Positions 27,148 to 37,570 of a stretch of 51,810 nucleotides of DNA are shown one piece after another; the first letter of the stretch is position 1, and the number at the start of each line of letters is the position of its first letter. The stretch is from contig NIVC01003011.1 of NCBI GenBank assembly GCA_002269645.1, positions 1 to 51,810 on the forward strand, in the 5' to 3' direction. The notes under the pieces are model-generated. The model did no database searches and had not been told where the DNA came from. It was given only the letters and a program-made list of their open reading frames with translations. This stretch comes from Macrostomum lignano. Taxonomy: Eukaryota. The position numbers and the translations under genes are program-made.

Positions 27148-27483
27148 ATGAGCAACAGAATCCCAGAGATAAGAGCCGTAATCCTGCTGACCGCCATCCT
27201 GACGGTTGGCTCAGAAAAGACTTTCGTCAGTGTTCTGCCGCCGATTAAAATCGACACACCTCAGAGCGCCGAAGCGGAGCAGCGTTTTTATGTCAACATA
27301 TTAATTGCAGTTGCAATTATTCTTGGACTGCTTGGCTTCTACATTTTGGCTACCTACCTGCTAACCTGCTGCTGCTGCAGGCAAAGCAGCTCTGAGGCAA
27401 GGAGAAACCGACAGAACGGTGTGGTTATCAATAAAAACGATTGGACTGTTCCCATGGTTCCAATGGCTGAGCTGGGTGTGTGA
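27148..27483 (+). CDS. Small single-pass Cys-rich membrane protein, paralog 2 (111 aa)
   Basis: ATG at 27148, leader AVILLTAILTV similar to paralog 1 AIILLAAILTV, TM, CCCC, C-terminus VPMVPMAELGV. Confidence 0.75.
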   Translation: MSNRIPEIRAVILLTAILTVGSEKTFVSVLPPIKIDTPQSAEAEQRFYVNILIAVAIILGLLGFYILATYLLTCCCCRQSSSEARRNRQNGVVINKNDWTVPMVPMAELGV

Positions 27484-27810
27484 CGTGCGGCCAGCGTCAG
27501 CTTAGAGTTCGCTATATATTTTATCAATTCTTAGTGACTACGTGTTGAACTAAGGTTTTAAAAAGTAAATACACCGAGCACTGCTGCAACTACAGTACAG
27601 CTATAGATGCACTCTTAAACAAAGCATGATCCTGTCTGAGCTCCGTCGGAAATTTAGAGTATGAGTCAACCTTTTTTGTGCTTATTATAACTAGCTGGCG
27701 TTCAAATGAATGACATTACCCCGGTATATACACGTATGTTGTATTGTAGGATATGTACTTTTCATTAGCAAGTCAACAAGTTCAATAGTATTTATATGTA
27801 AATGTCTCTT

Positions 27811-27922
27811 TTTGGGGCTCCCCTGTCTCTTGATTGGCGCCCCTGTCTCTTAATTGGCGCCCGGCCTTGTCTCTGGATTGGCGCCCCAGCTACCCCATAT
27901 CTTTTAGGCCGGTGGATGCTAC
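27811..27922 (-). repeat. Family C element with only ~3 units of the 20-bp seed
   Basis: Reverse complement GTAGCATCCACCGGCCT...AAGAGACAGGGGCGCC matches the head and unit of 5861-7110. Confidence 0.8.
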
Positions 27923-28956
27923 TTCTACTACATGTAGGTGTCAAAATTTGAGCTCACGTGTCATTCGCTTACCAATCTTATTTAGTTTCTAGCACGGACT
28001 ACTTCAGTAGAAGGACGCGACACGGGCAAAGCGTGCAAATTTTATTGGAGGCTGAATATTCAATTTTATGTAGTCCGACTTCAGAAACACCGAAGTATAG
28101 TTTTTTCACAGGATGCACATTACTTGTCCTTGTTGATGTGAGATATGTAATGTATGATTAAAACGATGCAGAAACCTTAGAAATTAGTTTCAAGCGACGA
28201 GAACTAGCTTTTGTCTGGTGAGTTTCGAAGTGCGACAACTATATGGCATAAATATGGCTCTTCACTTTGATAGTTATAGCACCTACTTTAAACGATGCTT
28301 CAGTACACGCCGTTCATTGTAACCGTGCAGCAAACCTTTAATCTGGGCGTACGAAAAACCTATTGCAGACGTACAGGTATAAATACCACCGGTTCTGTGC
28401 CCATCGCATCGGATAAATAGAATCAAAAGACGAAATAAGACAAAAGATTTTGAGAATAAGAATCTTAAGTTTTAAGTTTATAAGTAAGTTAAGGCCTACA
28501 AATGTTACAATGATTAGGGCTTACAATTGTTAAAATAATCTAAAAATTAGAAAACTGGTGCCTAATTGTGTGCCACTAGTGTGCCTTATGCATTGTATAG
28601 TTATAAACTATATGGGTTGAAGAGTAAAGGTTTTGCTTGTTTCATTGTACTTCTGTACTATTACTCATCATTTGCCTAGCTAATTTACCTGTCCCCCTCC
28701 GCGCCTCACGCCACCTTTTCTCACCGCCTCCATATTGATTTGTTATAACGTACATTGCAAGTCATGCACACTTACAACCCCCCCCCCCGCTAAAGCCTGT
28801 GTCAACCCCGCCATATATTATATTGAGAATAAATATACCTAGCTCAAGAGTAGACTGCGCGGACCCTTTTGATTTTGTTCTTCTACGATTGTCAATTGCG
28901 AGGCGAGCCGCCAAGTGCTGTGTTCTCAGTTCTTAAGAATCTCTTGTTAACATTTT

Positions 28957-28974
28957 TGGTAGCAGAGCGTGGTT
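28957..28974 (+). promoter_or_regulatory. Primer-binding site complementary to initiator tRNA-Met
   Basis: TGGTAGCAGAGCGTGGTT, 4 nt after the 5' LTR, matches the reverse complement of the animal tRNAi-Met 3' end (...CUCUGCUACCA). Confidence 0.8.
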
Positions 28975-28981
28975 CAGGTAA

Positions 28982-31132
28982 ATGGCCAGCCACGAATCGA
29001 ATCAGCAGCAGACTGGCTGCTCAGAAGATGAAGAAGAAAAAGAGATCAGCACTGAGGAGCGGCTTCGCATCGAACAGTTTCGACGAGTGAAGGCAAGAAC
29101 GAAGTCTGCAGGAACTAGGAGTCGAAACCGTCTGGTACTGTTGCTACAGAGCGACACCGATCATGAAGCGATCCAGCAAGCGTGCGATGCAGCCACTGCA
29201 GCACACGAAGAGTGCGTGAAGCTGCTTGACGAATTCTATGATGAGCTCCTTCAGCAAGAAGCCACAGAAGAAGCTCGAGACAAACTTCTGGACGAGCTGG
29301 ATCAAGTGGAGCAGCAGTTTCAAGACACTGTGAAATGTGTCACTCAATTCATCACTGCTCATCAGACTGCCGTGACAGCTGCGCCTGCGGCGACTGCCGT
29401 GACAGCTGCGCCTGCGGCGACTGCCGCGACTGCCGCGACTGCGGCTACGGCCATGCCGGTTGTGAGTGCCAGTAGTATTGATGACTCTGTAAGTGAGGCG
29501 GGCCATTCTCAGACTAGCAGCGGTGAAGCCGAGTTAGCAAAGGATCTTTGGAAGATGCTTCGGCGTGTAGAGATCCCAAAGTTCGGCGGCGAAAAGCAGC
29601 AGTACGAATCTTGGAAAGCCGCCTTTACTGCTTGTATTGATAGAGCTCCTGCCACGCCGGAGTTCAAATTGCTTCAACTCCGTCAATATCTTCAAGGGCC
29701 GGCTTTGAAATTAGTCGAACATCTGGGTCACTCTGCCGCTGCTTACGAGGCTGCCAAAGACAGATTGGAACGCGAATTCGGGGGCAGCCGCCGACGTATC
29801 GCTCTGTATCTTGAAGAGCTCGATAACTTTCCACCCATCCGCTCCACCAATGCAAAAGAGCTTAAGCAATTCTCTAATCTGTTAGATGTCGCAGTTGTAA
29901 ATCTCGAAGAGTCTGGTAAGGTCTCAGAATTGACTGACGGGTTGTTGTACGCAAAGTTGCAGAAGAAGCTCCCTGAGCAGATGGTGGCGCGTTACCGGCG
30001 TTGGCTATTCGAAGGACATAGGCAAGAGAGCGTTAAGATGTTACGTGAGTGGGTGCTTATAGAAGCCGCTTTCCAGACAGAAGCCATGGAGATTGTGCAC
30101 GGTGTGACGAGTGAAGAGAAGGTTAAGAAGGAGACGCGGTCCAAAACGTTTCTTGCAGATCATCAACAAGCGTCTCCGTCAAAATCTTGTATGCTGTGTC
30201 AAGATCAACATGAGCTGTGGAAGTGTCCAACATTTAGACAGCTGTCAATTGAAAATCGGTGGAAGGCTGCGCAAGATTCGAAATCATGCTTTTACTGCTT
30301 AGCTCGCAGTCATGCTGCTCGGATATGCCGTCATGGACGCCGATGTGGAATCGGTGAATGCAACAAGTTTCACCACCGCTTGCTGCACTCTGACGAGGCT
30401 GCAAAAACTGAGTCGAAGAAGAATTCTCCGGCCGAAGGAGGCAAAAAGAAGGCTGAGTCGGGTCGCAAAGGAGCCGCCGTAACTATGATGGCAGGAAATG
30501 GAAGTGCAACGTCGCTGCGAACAGTTCCAGTAGTTCTCAAGGCAGGTGGCCGTGTAGTGAAGGTGAACGCACTGTTGGACGACGCGAGTACAAGGACGTA
30601 TGTGAATGCAGAAATTGCTGAAGCTCTGGGACTGGAGGGCAATGTGGAGCGAGTGAAAGTGAACGTTTTGAACGGACAGACAGAGACATTGTTGACAGCT
30701 CCGGTTACGATGACGCTCGAAAGTGTAGATGGAAGTCTGAGTCGTCCGATCACGGCATTCACGACAGACAGCGTCACCGGGAAGCTGAAGGCCACGGATT
30801 GGCAGACGACAGCAGTGGATTGGAAACATCTGGAGCGTATTCCATTTCCTCAGCTCCATGCGCCGCATCTCATAGACCTGTTGATAGGAGTGGATCATGC
30901 GGAGTTACATGTGTCCTACCGAGAAGTTCGCGGTGGCCCTGGGGAGCCACAGGCACGTTTGACTCCCCTTGGATGGACAGGTGTGGGTCCAGTAGAACAG
31001 ATTCAGCATCAGACAAACTTGGCCAGCACCTTTTTCTGTCACCAGCGAGGAGATGCTGTCACCAGTGCTGCGCAAGTTCTGGGAGGTCGAAGAAATCCGG
31101 CCAGCTCAAGATCAAAATTGGACAGCGGATGA
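28982..31132 (+). CDS. BEL/Pao Gag-protease ORF (716 aa)
   Basis: DUF1759-like EIPKFGG..YESWKAAF, three Cys/His knuckles (CMLCQDQHELWKC, CFYCLARSHAARIC, CGIGECNKFHHRLLH), aspartic protease ALLDDAS. Confidence 0.9.
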   Translation: MASHESNQQQTGCSEDEEEKEISTEERLRIEQFRRVKARTKSAGTRSRNRLVLLLQSDTDHEAIQQACDAATAAHEECVKLLDEFYDELLQQEATEEARDKLLDELDQVEQQFQDTVKCVTQFITAHQTAVTAAPAATAVTAAPAATAATAATAATAMPVVSASSIDDSVSEAGHSQTSSGEAELAKDLWKMLRRVEIPKFGGEKQQYESWKAAFTACIDRAPATPEFKLLQLRQYLQGPALKLVEHLGHSAAAYEAAKDRLEREFGGSRRRIALYLEELDNFPPIRSTNAKELKQFSNLLDVAVVNLEESGKVSELTDGLLYAKLQKKLPEQMVARYRRWLFEGHRQESVKMLREWVLIEAAFQTEAMEIVHGVTSEEKVKKETRSKTFLADHQQASPSKSCMLCQDQHELWKCPTFRQLSIENRWKAAQDSKSCFYCLARSHAARICRHGRRCGIGECNKFHHRLLHSDEAAKTESKKNSPAEGGKKKAESGRKGAAVTMMAGNGSATSLRTVPVVLKAGGRVVKVNALLDDASTRTYVNAEIAEALGLEGNVERVKVNVLNGQTETLLTAPVTMTLESVDGSLSRPITAFTTDSVTGKLKATDWQTTAVDWKHLERIPFPQLHAPHLIDLLIGVDHAELHVSYREVRGGPGEPQARLTPLGWTGVGPVEQIQHQTNLASTFFCHQRGDAVTSAAQVLGGRRNPASSRSKLDSG

Positions 31133-32399
31133 GCAAGCTGTAGTCGAGCAAGCCAAGTCTTCATTAAAGCTAACAAACGGCCGATACCAGATGGGAATTC
31201 CGTGGAAGCCAGAGGCGAAAGTTCGCTCGAATAACTATGAGATGGCGATCATACAGCTTTGTAACACGGAGACTCGGTTGAAGAAGGATCTGGAGGTGGC
31301 AAAGCAATACCAAGCATGCCTAGAGCGATATGGGCAACAAGGCTACATTCGGCACGTTGCAGTAGAGGGGTTCACAGCCAGGTGTTTTCTGCCGCATTTT
31401 TTGATTATTCGATTCGACAAGCTGACGACAAAGGTTCGAATCGTCTTCGATGCCTCGGCGGGCGGGAACGAAAAGTCGTTAAACTCTCTGGTCTTCCCAG
31501 GGCCGAAGCTTCAGCGAGAATTGTTTGACGTTCTGCTTCGCTTCAGGAGAGATGCAGTGGCTGTGGCTTGTGACATCTCCGAGATGTACCTCCAGATCGA
31601 AATGGCGCCGGAGGACAGGCCGACGCATAGCTTTATATGCCGTGAGATGGACTCTAGCAAGCCTGTTGAAATTTTTGAGACCAAACGCATCGTTTTCGGA
31701 AACTCGAGCTCGCCGTTTCTTGCTCAGTTCGTAGTTCGTGAGCATGCGGAACGCCTGAAAGAAGAGCTGCCATTAGCTGCAGACGCTGTTCTCAACTCCA
31801 CCTATATGGACGATTGTTTAGATTCGGTCGGGTCAGAGGCTGAGGCGATCCAGCTGTTTCAAGAGTTGAAGACTCGCTGGGAGCGTGCAGGCATGGAATT
31901 GTTGAGCAGAGTGCCACTAGAAGATCGAGTAGCCGAAGTAACATTGGAAGGGACACCGATGCCATCCATAAAGACGCTTGGTGTAGAATGGAGAAGCGAT
32001 CGGAACAAGTGCACCTTTAAAGTCGACCAGCCGTTTGCTGCGAACCGCATCAGAGAGACCAAGTCTGTCACAGATCCGGACCAGTGGAGGTGTGCCAATG
32101 CTTTGTCTCGAGGAACTTCAGCGAAGCAGCTGACGGAGGTTGACAGCTGGTGGCATGGACAAAGGGTGACTGGTCGGAGCACAGTCGTTAGCATGAATGA
32201 GGAACGATCGGCGGTCAGACGATTAGACCCGACCATGGCGACCAGGTTCTCGAGCTCAAAGCGGCGCATCTGCATGCAAGGCGAGACAGCTCGATTCGCG
32301 ACCATCTGCTGGCTGCCGCGGAGAGACGGGTGCGAGTTGCAAAAGTGCAGCTGGTTGGCAAGGCCTCCGCGAGGCCAACTGCGAGGCTGCGTCCGCTAA
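31053..32399 (+). pseudogene. BEL/Pao reverse transcriptase, frameshifted and deleted
   Basis: LRKFWEVEE, FLPHF, KVRIVFDAS, DISEMYLQI, FGNSSSPF and YMDD, then abrupt jumps to RNase H-terminal remnants. No integrase motifs. Confidence 0.9.
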
Positions 32400-33777
32400 T
32401 CACGAAGGGAGGCTTTAGAACTGACTAGTTGAGGTTTTGGCCGAACTTTCTTTTGTGGCTTTTGAGAGCTTTGCTTCCCTGCGCATTAAATCCAGTTTGG
32501 TTCGATCGCATTGTGTTTTTTCACTTCTGCTGTCTATTTTTGGGAGTTTTTGTGTTTGTTTTTTGTGTCTCTTTTTTTGTTTGTTTTCTTTTTTTGTGTT
32601 TTTTGTGTTTTTTTGTGTTTTTTGCTTGTTTGGCGTTTGTTGCGAAGAGGTTTTGCATACTCTGTTCGGTTAGCTTTCCCATTTTTCAGCGTTTATCCCC
32701 TTTGCTCATTTCATCGCACTGTACGCTACATTTCAGGTTCAATCCCGTTTGCTAATTCAGTTCGAATATTTATCGCATCCCCGTGATTCGTTTACTAACC
32801 TAATTATTTGATCCTATTTTCACTTTGTCATTTTGTCGAGCGTATTGCATCCTAGCGATTTAACTTTTTTCCTGAAAAGTACGCGGTACTATAATAATTG
32901 AATGTTTTAATTTTAAGATCTTTGTTCGAGGTGCTCTTTGTTTTGTTGGCATGTGCTCATGCCAAGAAGGGAGGTATGGATTGAAGAGTAAAGGTTTTGC
33001 TTGTTTCATTGTACTTCTGTACTGTTACTCATCATTTGCCTAGCTAATTTACCTGCCCCCCTCCGCGCCTCACGCCACCTTTTCTCACCGCCTCCATATT
33101 GATTTGTTATAACGTACATTGCAAGTCATGCACACTTACAACCCCCCCCCCCGCTAAAGCCTGTGTCAACCCCGCCATATATTATATTGAGAATAAATAT
33201 ACCTAGCTCAAGAGTAGACTGCGCGGACCCTTTTGATTTTGTTCTTCTACGATTGTCAATTGCGAGGCGAGCCGCCAAGTGCTGTGTTCTCAGTTCTTAA
33301 GAATCTCTTGTTAACACTATAAATCTTGTAACATTAGAGGTAGAATACCTCTTTACCTCGCTGGGCAAGCTAGAATATCTTAGTCTAACTCTAAGTCTAG
33401 CTAGAGTATAGTATTGTTGTTTATTAGGTATCCAATTTAATTAAAAATAAAGTTTCTAAAATATACTTCCTTGAACTCAAAACAATGCAATAATACATAC
33501 TATCCATGGGCATAGTCAATAGGCCCTAGATAAGATAAAAGTCGGAAGTCTTGCATAGTCAGCCAGGCGTTAAATCTTTAAAGCAACTGAGCTACTTGGT
33601 AGCAAGAATTTGCTTTTACACTTGACATGATTTAGCTTACAGTCAGTTTTTTCGGCAATCTAGTTTTACCGCGATAATTTTTTTAAAAACTTTAATTGCG
33701 AGTTAGTTACGCGGTCTACATGCATAATATGTAAAATAGCTAGGGCTTATATAAATATTATACAGTAAGCTAGGGCC

Positions 33778-33811
33778 CACAGATACTAAATACCTGTGTT
33801 TAGTATCTGTG
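33778..33811. mobile_element. 34-bp micro-MITE of hAT family E
   Basis: CACAGATACTAAA, 8-nt spacer, TTTAGTATCTGTG, flanked by a perfect 8-bp TSD CTAGGGCC (33770-33777, 33812-33819). Confidence 0.85.
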
Positions 33812-34099
33812 CTAGGGCCTAATCTACTCGCTTTAGGCAATTTTGTAAGTAGCTAGTTATGTTTGCCCTTCAAAGTCACTCTACATCCTACCGTCTAGAT
33901 AGACGCTATAGACTCGAGTATAGGCCCTAGAGCTTACAAATTTTGTCCGACTAGAAGGGATAATGTGCGCTCTACCCGCTCCGCTCTTAATGAGTGCATT
34001 TAATGCACTTTAAGAAAGCAGCAATTTAAAATTCTACTTTGGGCTGTTTTTCTTAAAACATTAAGTAGGCCTACTTTGGTCATTATCCTAACATCCGAA

Positions 34100-36800
34100 T
34101 AAAATTACACTTTCTCATTTTTATTTAAGTAACTTATAATTTGTTTTATTCCTCTTAACTTTATTGAAAACTGCTTTCCTTGTGATATAGGCCTATGTCA
34201 ACTTGTGCTTCTTTGAAATTTAGCTGTTTTGACTATTTGTGTAGGTTCTTTGCTTTTATTTTTATGGCTATAAAATAAATTTTGCTTATATTCTACTATC
34301 TATCAAAGCAGCTTAGTATCTTTAATGCTTGATTTCCTTTTTTGTACATTACAACTGATATAACTAATACTATAGCTCTCGTTGCAAAATGTTTATTTTT
34401 GGTAATGGGTAAATCAATTACAATCTGCAAGTAATTATGTCTAACCAAGCAATTGTATATAGGCCCTAGGCCTATTAGAAGAAGTTAAAAAAACAGTAAT
34501 AACTAGTAATAAGGCTTAAGGCTTTTACTAAAGTCAAGGAATTTTAATCTTTAAGACATAAAATTAGGGGTCACAAAATCCTAGATTCTGTCAATCCCAG
34601 GATCCCAGGATTAGGAAATGTCAAATCCTGGGATCCCGGGATTATCCCAAGATTAATATTTTTCTAGTACTATCCTTGTCGTAACATTGTTATAATGTTA
34701 TAACAACAATGTGAATTACTTTTTATCATGTGACTAATGTGAGAACATCTGCTATCTGCAAGTTGCAAGTAAAAATAAGCAAACACTATACTATGCAAAG
34801 CAAAATAAATGTTGCTTTTAGCAACATATATTTTTTTAGCAACAACAATACATATATTACATACTATGTAGTAGCATTAGCAGTATGCACAATACAAAAC
34901 AAATGCACATGACTTGTGGACATAGTTGTGGAGTCATTGGCCTGTGGCATGAGGCACACTCACAAAGTCACAAGTCACAAGGACTTACAGTCACAACATA
35001 ACTCACAACCTATTATCACCTGGGCATTCACGTTGTCACTTGTCAGTCTAGAGTCTGGACTCATGTGTCCTATGAGTTCAAACTTTAAAATCAAATCTCA
35101 ACATTAAATGATTTAAACAAGACTCAACTCAAACAAGATTAAAGACCTTACAAAGTGGGTAATGGAGAATTGACATGTATGTGTGATATTCCATATTTGA
35201 ACTAACTGCCATTTTATGATAAAATACTTGCAATTATATCAGATATTATAAAAACTTAGCATTAACATTCTAGGATTGAATCCCAACCCTGTGAATCCCA
35301 GGATCCCAGGATCCCAAATCCTGGAAAAAGCACTAATAAAGTGCTATAAAATAATAGTATTATATAATAGTTTGTAAAACAATTAAATTATATACAAGCT
35401 TGTGCAAAAAGGTAAATAAACTAAAATTGAAATAGAATATTTTATAGATAAGACAGAAAGCTAATTATAGAATATTTTCTGTTTTCTGATCTTACAGTTA
35501 ATATCAGTGGCTAAGTGGCATGGTTTTATTCAAAGTTAGGACTAGCAATGTCTATATATAAATAAATGACAAAGGTCTATGACTAGTATTTTTCATTGAG
35601 CCTAATCCATAGTTTGGATCCTATCTATATTAATGTATGCCAGGTTTAATGCTAGAAGAAATGATGAGACCTTGTTTATATGCTAGGTTTATACATTAAT
35701 GCAAAAAATTGTCATTTGATATAATGTATCAACTGTTTCATGTATACTAGGATATACCCTAATGTATGATAAAAAATACCCTTGTTATATGCCAGGAAAT
35801 CCCAATGTAGATGTCACGTTCCAAACTATAAGGCCTAATATAATTATTAATAAAAATATATTAATAGACAGACTTATTGAAAAAAATTGTAGTAAAAATA
35901 TGACATAAAAGTATCTTTAAAAGCTTGATATAACAAATTACAAAACAGAATTGAAGCAGGCTACTTTTCTTTAATAGAGTTGAAAAAGGTAGGAAAATAA
36001 CATTTTTTGAAAACTATATAGAATATAAATAAAAGCATAGTGCTTAGTAGGCTACATTAGAATTGTGCAAACTTATTTTTCAAAATCACAATAGACCTAG
36101 AAACTATGCATTGCATTTGCAAGCCTTGTGATAGCAAACCAATTATTAATTATATTTTCTTTTATTCCAGGCAACAATAAGTGACTAGTACTTATAGAAT
36201 CTAAGCAATAAAGGGACAAGGCTAAAATATCAGCTTTATAAAACTCAAATCTGCTTTGCTAGATCAATAGGATATTTCTCAGTGACTTTTATATTCAGAT
36301 CAAAAGATTGCAACTGATTTAGTAGGCCATTGGTAAAAGGCAATTACTGCTGAAGCTTGCATGTTGGCTTGCAATAAAATTTATACACATGTGTAATACC
36401 ATGCTTTTGTATCTTAGCCATGCAATCTCTGAAAAGTTGCTGAGATGCTCATCTAAGAAAATGGAAAAATAGAAAAGAAAATTAATCAAGTGCAAGAAAT
36501 TAATTTATTGTATTAATTTACAAAGAATATTCTACTAATTCTATTCTTACTAGCCAAGCGAGCTACACTACCCAATTCTACTAATTAAAAAATGGGCCTA
36601 AAGAGAAAATTAAAACTTTTAAGTAAAGTATTAAAAGATTTCAGTCTAAATGTTAACACTAGCAGAAGATAATATGAGTTATTGTAAAAAGGTAATACTA
36701 AATTATTGAAGCAAATGTGATAGAAAAGTGAACATTTTATTTGTAGTCCTATGTACTCACTTTCTTTAATTGCTATTAGTTAAGCAACCACTCTAGATCC
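34100..36800. other. AT-rich, strongly CpG-depleted island
   Basis: About 6 CpG in 34201-36800 by eye. ATCCCAGG/ATCCCGGG motif clusters at ~34595-34650 and ~35280-35325. Confidence 0.8.
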
Positions 36801-37490
36801 TCAGTTGCTAGGCCAGCCTCCCTGATCCTCAGTTGCTGGGCCAACATCCCAGATCCCCAGTGCTGAGCCAGCCTCCCAGATCCTCAGTTGCTGGGCCAGC
36901 GAGATCCTCAGTTGCTAGGCCAGCCTCCCTGATCCTCAGTTGCTGGGCCAGCATCCCAGATCCCCAGTTGCTAGGCCAGCCTCCCAGATCCTCAGCTGTT
37001 TGTTGGGCCAGCCTCCCAGATCCTCAGTTGCTGAGCCAGCCTCCCAGATCCTCAGTTGCTGGGCCAGCATCCCAGATCCCCAGTTGCTAGGCCAGCCTCC
37101 CAGATCCTCAGCTGTTTGTTGGGCCAGCCTCCCAGATCCTCAGTTGCTGAGCCAGCCTCCCAGATCCTCAGTTGCTGGGCCAGCATCCCAGATCCCCAGT
37201 TGCTGAGCCAGCCTCCCAGATCCTCAGTTGCTGGGCCAGCCTCCCAGATCCTCAGTTGCTGGGCCAGCCTCCCAGATCCTCAGTTGCTGAGCCAGCCTCC
37301 CAGATCCTCAGTTGCTGGGCCAGCCTCCCAGATCCTCAGTTGCTGAGCCAGCCTCCCAGATCCTCAGTTGCTGGGCCAGCATCCCAGATCCCCAGTTGCT
37401 GAGCCAGCCTCCCAGATCCTCAGCTGTTGGGCCAGCCTCTCAGATCCTCAGTTGCTGGTCCAGCCTCTCAGATCCTCAGTTGCTGTGCCA
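36795..37490. repeat. 28-bp minisatellite (CCCAGATCCTCAGTTGCTGGGCCAGCCT), ~24 copies
   Basis: Direct inspection; ends ~70 bp upstream of the MYEF2-like acceptor. Confidence 0.95.
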
Positions 37491-37570
37491 GCCTCCCTAA
37501 ATCCCCAATTCAAGGCGTCAATGCTGAACGCCCGCAGCAATCCTATTGCCTATCGCTAACGCCGCAGAGA

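Larger units (their letters stand above)
28613..33316 (+). mobile_element. BEL/Pao LTR retrotransposon, internally deleted and non-autonomous
   Basis: 340-bp TG...CA LTRs (28613-28952, 32977-33316; 3 mismatches by eye), 5-bp TSD CTATA, PBS at 28957, PPT AAGAAGGGAGG at 32964, gag-PR and a partial RT. Confidence 0.97.

Noticed and set aside
32429-32786. Hydrophobic F/V/C-rich ORFs
   Set aside because: T-rich low-complexity 3' region of the LTR element.
36283-36480. Frame whose stops could be C-to-T-decayed Gln/Arg codons
   Set aside because: Stop spacing is as expected for AT-rich DNA and no protein family was recognised.
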